Assembly (NCBI GenBank): GCA_944320495.1 | Contig: CALUHR010000009.1 | Coordinates: forward strand, 32,001-96,000 | Origin: Candidatus Methanomethylophilaceae archaeon | Lineage (GTDB): Archaea; Thermoplasmatota; Thermoplasmata; Methanomassiliicoccales; Methanomethylophilaceae | Direction of reading: 5' to 3' | Length of the DNA: 64,000 nt | Part shown: one piece after another, positions 59,898 through 64,000 of the stretch | Numbering within the stretch: position 1 is the first letter of the stretch | How the letters are laid out: each line of letters begins with the position of its first letter | Notes under the pieces: generated by a model | What the model was told of the DNA's origin: nothing | Database searches by the model: none | Seen by the model: only the letters and a program-made list of their open reading frames with translations | Program-made: the position numbers and the translations under genes

Positions 59898-60479
59898 ATG
59901 TCATTCTTCGATAACACGAAAATCGCTGGATGGGGCCTGTTCCTCGTCGCCATCCTGTCGATCATCAGCGCCATCATCTCCATCTACAACGGAGCGGTGA
60001 AGGAGGGCGATGACAGGCTCGCTCTCGTCGTCGCCGGTATCGGTGCGCTTCTGGCGGCCTTCATCTACTTCGGTTTCGGAAACAGCGTCCGCAAGGGCGA
60101 GATTGACAAGAAGATCGACGTCCTCGCTCAGTTCGTCAAGACTGTCGGACTCGCCACCATCGTCGCCTCTCTGTTCGGAGCGATCGCTGGAACCTGGGGA
60201 GTCAGCATCTCCACCTGGTCCAACGTCGGTATGATAATCCTCGGTATCATCATCTGCTGGATCGCCGGCAAGATCAACGACGGCAAGACCACCAACTTCG
60301 ACAGGATCCTTTGGATCATCCTGGTCGTCATCTTCCTCGTCTTCTTCATCCTCAGGCTCTCCGGAGCATTCGGCGGAGCATGGTACGACATCCTCGCCAG
60401 CATCCTGATGGCCATCGTCTACCTCTACATGCTCATCTTCATGTTCGACAGCGATGTCAGGAAGAGGATGGGTATCTGA
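59898..60479 (+). CDS. Multi-pass membrane protein
   Basis: About 6 TM segments; strongly biased, highly-expressed-type codon use. Confidence 0.8.
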   Translation: MSFFDNTKIAGWGLFLVAILSIISAIISIYNGAVKEGDDRLALVVAGIGALLAAFIYFGFGNSVRKGEIDKKIDVLAQFVKTVGLATIVASLFGAIAGTWGVSISTWSNVGMIILGIIICWIAGKINDGKTTNFDRILWIILVVIFLVFFILRLSGAFGGAWYDILASILMAIVYLYMLIFMFDSDVRKRMGI

Positions 60480-60542
60480 TCCGGAAGGATCCGATCGAAA
60501 CCCCTTCCCAAACCCTTTACCTTCTGTCGCGTTCCCCGTCTC

Positions 60543-60875
60543 ATGAGCTGCTGTTCCGCCGAGGAGGACCCCGCCACCCTGGAGGCCAGGGTCTCAGCAT
60601 TCGTCTCCGACCGTTCCGTGGGCGCGGTGACCGGCCCCCGCAGGATGTCCCGCGAGGACTTCGTCAGATACGTAGCGGATGCGGCCAGGACCAAGGGCAA
60701 GGATGTGGTCGTCGAGCCGGCCCCGGGGGACCGCGCCGGTACTCTGGTTTTCATGCACTGGAAGGATGTCGACGACAGTGTGCTGGCCTCCAATCCGGAC
60801 GCCGACATCCTATGCGGCCAGGATTTGTGCCACCAGGTCCCCGTCGTCATACGCCTGAACAGGCTGGATGACTGA
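60543..60875 (+). CDS. Hypothetical protein
   Basis: 110-aa ORF; VSAFVSDRSVG motif. Confidence 0.6.
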   Translation: MSCCSAEEDPATLEARVSAFVSDRSVGAVTGPRRMSREDFVRYVADAARTKGKDVVVEPAPGDRAGTLVFMHWKDVDDSVLASNPDADILCGQDLCHQVPVVIRLNRLDD

Positions 60876-60887
60876 GACAACCATTAA

Positions 60888-61451
60888 ATGGTCCGGACTC
60901 GCCTCCATATCCTGGTGAATTCAGTGGAGGTAGTCGTTGAGAAGTACAATCCCTGGAAGAACTCGATGGTGTCGGGAGTGCTCCTGCTCATCGTCGGTAT
61001 CCTTCTCGCCGCCCTTCAGGGCGAGGGTCTCAAATGGATCATCATCCTCGCCGGGGTCCTCATGCTCGTGTACGGAGCGCTGTCCATCTACGATACGTAC
61101 AGCTCCGGATTCAAGTTCGGAATGACCATGGGCATAGTGGTCGCCGTCATAGGTCTGGTCCTGATCATCGTCCCCAACCTCATCGCGGACATCGCGATGG
61201 CCCTGCTCGCCCTGCTGCTCATAATCATTGGTCTGATGTCGCTACTGGGGGCGGCGCCGGGATTCGCTATAGCGTCCGGATCGAGGTTCGTGTCGATAAT
61301 CGTCGGGGCGATCTTCATCGTCCTCGGTGTTGTCGCCATATTCAACCTGGACGACACCGCCGACGTGATAATGATCGTCATCGGGGTCATGACCGCCCTC
61401 ATGGGTCTGCTCCAGATCTTCAGCTCCTACCAGCTCAAGAAGGTCTGCTGA
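60888..61451 (+). CDS. HdeD/DUF308-like membrane protein
   Basis: Repeated G.L.II.G hairpin TM pairs. The true start is probably a downstream GTG. Confidence 0.75.
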   Translation: MVRTRLHILVNSVEVVVEKYNPWKNSMVSGVLLLIVGILLAALQGEGLKWIIILAGVLMLVYGALSIYDTYSSGFKFGMTMGIVVAVIGLVLIIVPNLIADIAMALLALLLIIIGLMSLLGAAPGFAIASGSRFVSIIVGAIFIVLGVVAIFNLDDTADVIMIVIGVMTALMGLLQIFSSYQLKKVC

Positions 61452-61486
61452 AACGGTTTCCGGGAAGGGGGTGTGTCCCCTCCCCA

Positions 61487-61768
61487 TCACTTCTGTCCCG
61501 TGATCTTGATCACGTGGTATCCGAACTCGGTCTGAACCGGTCCTACGACGTCGCCGGTCTTCCCGGCGAAGCAGGCGTCCTCGAAGGGCTTGACCATCTG
61601 TCCCTTGGCGAACCATCCGAGGTCCCCTCCCTTGGCCTTGGAGGGGCATTTGGAGAACCTCTTCGCCAGGGTGGCGAAGTCCTCGCCCTTGGCGAGGCGG
61701 TCCATGATGCTCTGGGCGTCCTTCTCGTTCGGTACGAGGATGTGCGAAGCGCGTACGGTCTTGACCAT
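61487..61768 (-). CDS. ppiC: Parvulin-type peptidyl-prolyl isomerase
   Basis: VRASHILV, LAKRFSKCPS...GGDLG, MVKPFE and TEFGYHVI motifs. Confidence 0.93.
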   Translation of the reverse strand: MVKTVRASHILVPNEKDAQSIMDRLAKGEDFATLAKRFSKCPSKAKGGDLGWFAKGQMVKPFEDACFAGKTGDVVGPVQTEFGYHVIKITGQK

Positions 61769-61895
61769 GCCGACGTGAATCGGCACGGACGATATAATGC
61801 TCCCGTCCGACATCCGATTCAACGCCGTTAACTGGCCTTCATTCCGACCGGTTCCCACCCAGTTCCTTAAATCAGAGGACGTCGACCCTCGGGTC

Positions 61896-62669
61896 ATGAT
61901 ATTCGTCTTCTCCGGCACGGGGAACTCGTACGCGGCCGCCAAGCGCATCTCCGAAGCCATCGGCTCCGGCATGATCGACATCGCCGCGGCGGTGAGGTAC
62001 AAGCGCTACACCTACGACGCCAAGGGAGAGCCCGTCGGGTTCGTGTTCCCCACCTACTACTACGGGCTCCCGCGCATGGTCCTCGAGTTCGCCAGGAACG
62101 TCACAGTCCTGAACCCCGGCAGGGTGTTCGCCGTGACCACCTGCGGGGAGGAGTCCGGAGGGGCCTGCGAGATGCTCGCCGAGGAGCTCGGCAGTCGTCT
62201 GAGGGTCGATGCATCCTACGACGTGGTCATGCCCGACAACTCCGTCTTCGCCTTCGACCCCCCGACAAAGGAGCAGGCGGAGGAGACGCTGAGGGCCGCC
62301 GACGCCGAGATCGACCGCATCATAGGGTCCATCAAGGCGGGTGAGTCGGGAGACATGTGCGCCCACAAGGGTGACAAGGACTGGAGGGAGATCTATGCGC
62401 TCTACGACGAGCAGCGCGTGACGGAGCCCTTCAGGATCACCGACGCCTGCATCGAGTGCAGGATCTGCGAGGACATCTGCCCGGAGCAGATCATCAAGGT
62501 CTACCACAGGAAGCCGGTCTGGGACGAGGAGAAGTGCTCCCTCTGCATGGCCTGCATCCAGATGTGCCCCAAGGGGGCGATAGAGTACGGCGATGCCACG
62601 GTGAACCGCGGCAGGTACTACAACCCAATCTTCTACGAGAGGACCATCGGGATACCGCTGAAGTACCGA
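61896..62669 (+). CDS. EFR1-family flavodoxin/ferredoxin fusion; ends at CGA 62667-62669 (standard-code end 62717)
   Basis: FSGTGNS, FPTYY and MPDN motifs; CIECRICEDICP and CSLCMACIQMCP. Confidence 0.9.
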
Positions 62670-62722
62670 TCGCGCTCGGCACGAAGAAATACGGTGCTCG
62701 CGTTGGGGGTCACGTGAATCCC

Positions 62723-64000
62723 ATGGGCTTCAGGGAAGACAGCAACATTCCGGCGGGGCCGCTCAATCCGGACGGCCAGAGGTTCGAGACGGTCATGCTC
62801 CACGCAGGGCAGGAGACCCCGGACCCGTCGACGGGCGCCCGCGCGACGCCGCTCTATCTGACCACATCCTACGTCTTCGGCAGCTGCGACGAGGCGGCCG
62901 ACATCTTCGCGATGAGGAAGCCCGGGAACATATACTCCCGTCTCACGAACCCCACCACGGAGGCCTTCGAGAGGCGCATAGCCGCCCTGGAGGGCGCAAC
63001 GGCCGCCCTGGCCGTCGCATCCGGTGCGGCGGCCATCGCGTACGTGGTCGAGAATCTGACCCGCACGGGCGATCACATCGTCTCCGCCAACACGATCTAT
63101 GGCGGGACCTTCAACTACTTCCAGCACGGGATAAGGGCCCACGGCGTGGAATGCACGTTCGTAGATCCGACGCAGCCCGGGACCGTCGGGAACTTCGAGG
63201 ATGCCATCAGGGAGAACACGAGGATGGTCTTCGTAGAGACCATCGGAAACCCCAACGCCAACCTGATCGATATCGACGCGCTGGCGGAAATGTGTCATTC
63301 CCACGGCGTGCCGCTCGTGGTCGACAACACCTTCGCCACCCCGTACCTGTTCAGGCCGCTGGACCACGGCGCCGACATCGTCATCGAGTCTGCCACCAAG
63401 TTCATCGGCGGGCACGGCGCCGTCCTAGGAGGGGTGATAGCGGAGAACGGCAGGTTCGACTGGGAGGGGTCCGGCAGGTTCCCCTGGATGTCGGAGCCCG
63501 ATCCGAGCTACCACGGCGTGTCCTTCACCGGGGCATTCCAGGATTCTCCTGTGTGCAATCGCATCCGCGCCCTGATTCTCAGGGACATGGGCGCATGCAT
63601 CTCTCCGTTCAACTCCTTCGCCCTCATGCTGGGCCTCGAGACGCTTTCCCTGAGGGTGGAGCGTCATGTGTACAACGCGCAGCGCGTGGTCGAGTTCCTG
63701 AGGGACCATCCCAAGGTCGAGCGCGTGAACCATCCGATGCTGGAGGACCATCCGGACCACACCCTGTACGAGCGCTACTTCCCGAACGGCGCGGGGTCCA
63801 TCTTCACCATAGAGACTGCCGGGGGCAAGGAGGGGGCGAAGCGCTTCGCCGACTCGCTGAGGATGTTCTCACTCCTTGCCAATGTCGCCGACATGAAGTC
63901 GCTGGTCATCCACCCCGCAGGCACCACGCACTCGCAGATGACCGAGGAGGAGCTCCGCGACGCCGGCATAGGCCCGTCCACCGTCCGTCTATCGATCGGA
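62723..64000 (+). CDS. metY: O-acetylhomoserine/O-acetylserine sulfhydrylase (3'-truncated)
   Basis: [37 protein letters not shown] and [11 protein letters not shown] motifs; open to the window end. Confidence 0.92.
   Translation, partial: MGFREDSNIPAGPLNPDGQRFETVMLHAGQETPDPSTGARATPLYLTTSYVFGSCDEAADIFAMRKPGNIYSRLTNPTTEAFERRIAALEGATAALAVASGAAAIAYVVENLTRTGDHIVSANTIYGGTFNYFQHGIRAHGVECTFVDPTQPGTVGNFEDAIRENTRMVFVETIGNPNANLIDIDALAEMCHSHGVPLVVDNTFATPYLFRPLDHGADIVIESATKFIGGHGAVLGGVIAENGRFDWEGSGRFPWMSEPDPSYHGVSFTGAFQDSPVCNRIRALILRDMGACISPFNSFALMLGLETLSLRVERHVYNAQRVVEFLRDHPKVERVNHPMLEDHPDHTLYERYFPNGAGSIFTIETAGGKEGAKRFADSLRMFSLLANVADMKSLVIHPAGTTHSQMTEEELRDAGIGPSTVRLSIG

Noticed and set aside
8109-62672. 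CGATCG as a restriction/methylation or HIP1-like motif explaining the CGA pattern
   Set aside because: Only 5 of 14 terminal CGAs have this context. It would also not explain the frame-specific absence of CGA from gene interiors.
1-64000. In-frame TAG (pyrrolysine) read-through proteins
   Set aside because: No called gene is interrupted by TAG, and no methylamine methyltransferase gene is in the window.
1-64000. CRISPR array, rRNA, IS/transposase or integrase
   Set aside because: No regularly spaced direct repeats, rRNA-like tracts or recombinase motifs were seen.

Overview
High-GC archaeal chromosome segment, most likely Methanomassiliicoccales (Methanomethylophilus-like). The assignment rests on an N-terminally truncated PylRS, an alvus-type tRNA-Pyl, RamA, archaeal TgtA and Pth2, and TATA boxes about 25 nt before start codons. 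It holds about 70 CDS: a pylT-pylS-pylC-pylD-ramA cluster without pylB, a his operon in two blocks, thiamine salvage genes, a complete sirC-hemABLC-cobA-hemD tetrapyrrole operon, menA/menG-like genes, larB/larE, an iron-uptake ABC island and several surface or membrane proteins. Main discovery: CGA behaves as a STOP codon. Reading the Arg codons of the called genes by hand, I found no in-frame CGA inside any intact gene, although AGG, CGC, CGT, CGG and AGA all occur. In 14 of 69 gene ends, an in-frame CGA sits where the protein should end. Reading CGA as stop removes implausible fusions, antisense overlaps of hundreds of nt, and run-ons through hairpins and TATA boxes. It also creates CGATG stop/start overlaps and an abutting CGA|CGA tail-to-tail junction. 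No called gene ends in TAG (51 TGA, 14 CGA, 4 TAA, 0 TAG), so the stop set may be TGA/TAA/CGA with TAG given to pyrrolysine. This is inferred from sequence only and needs genome-wide and proteomic testing. Coordinates below use the CGA end where indicated. No CRISPR array, rRNA, integrase or transposase was seen.
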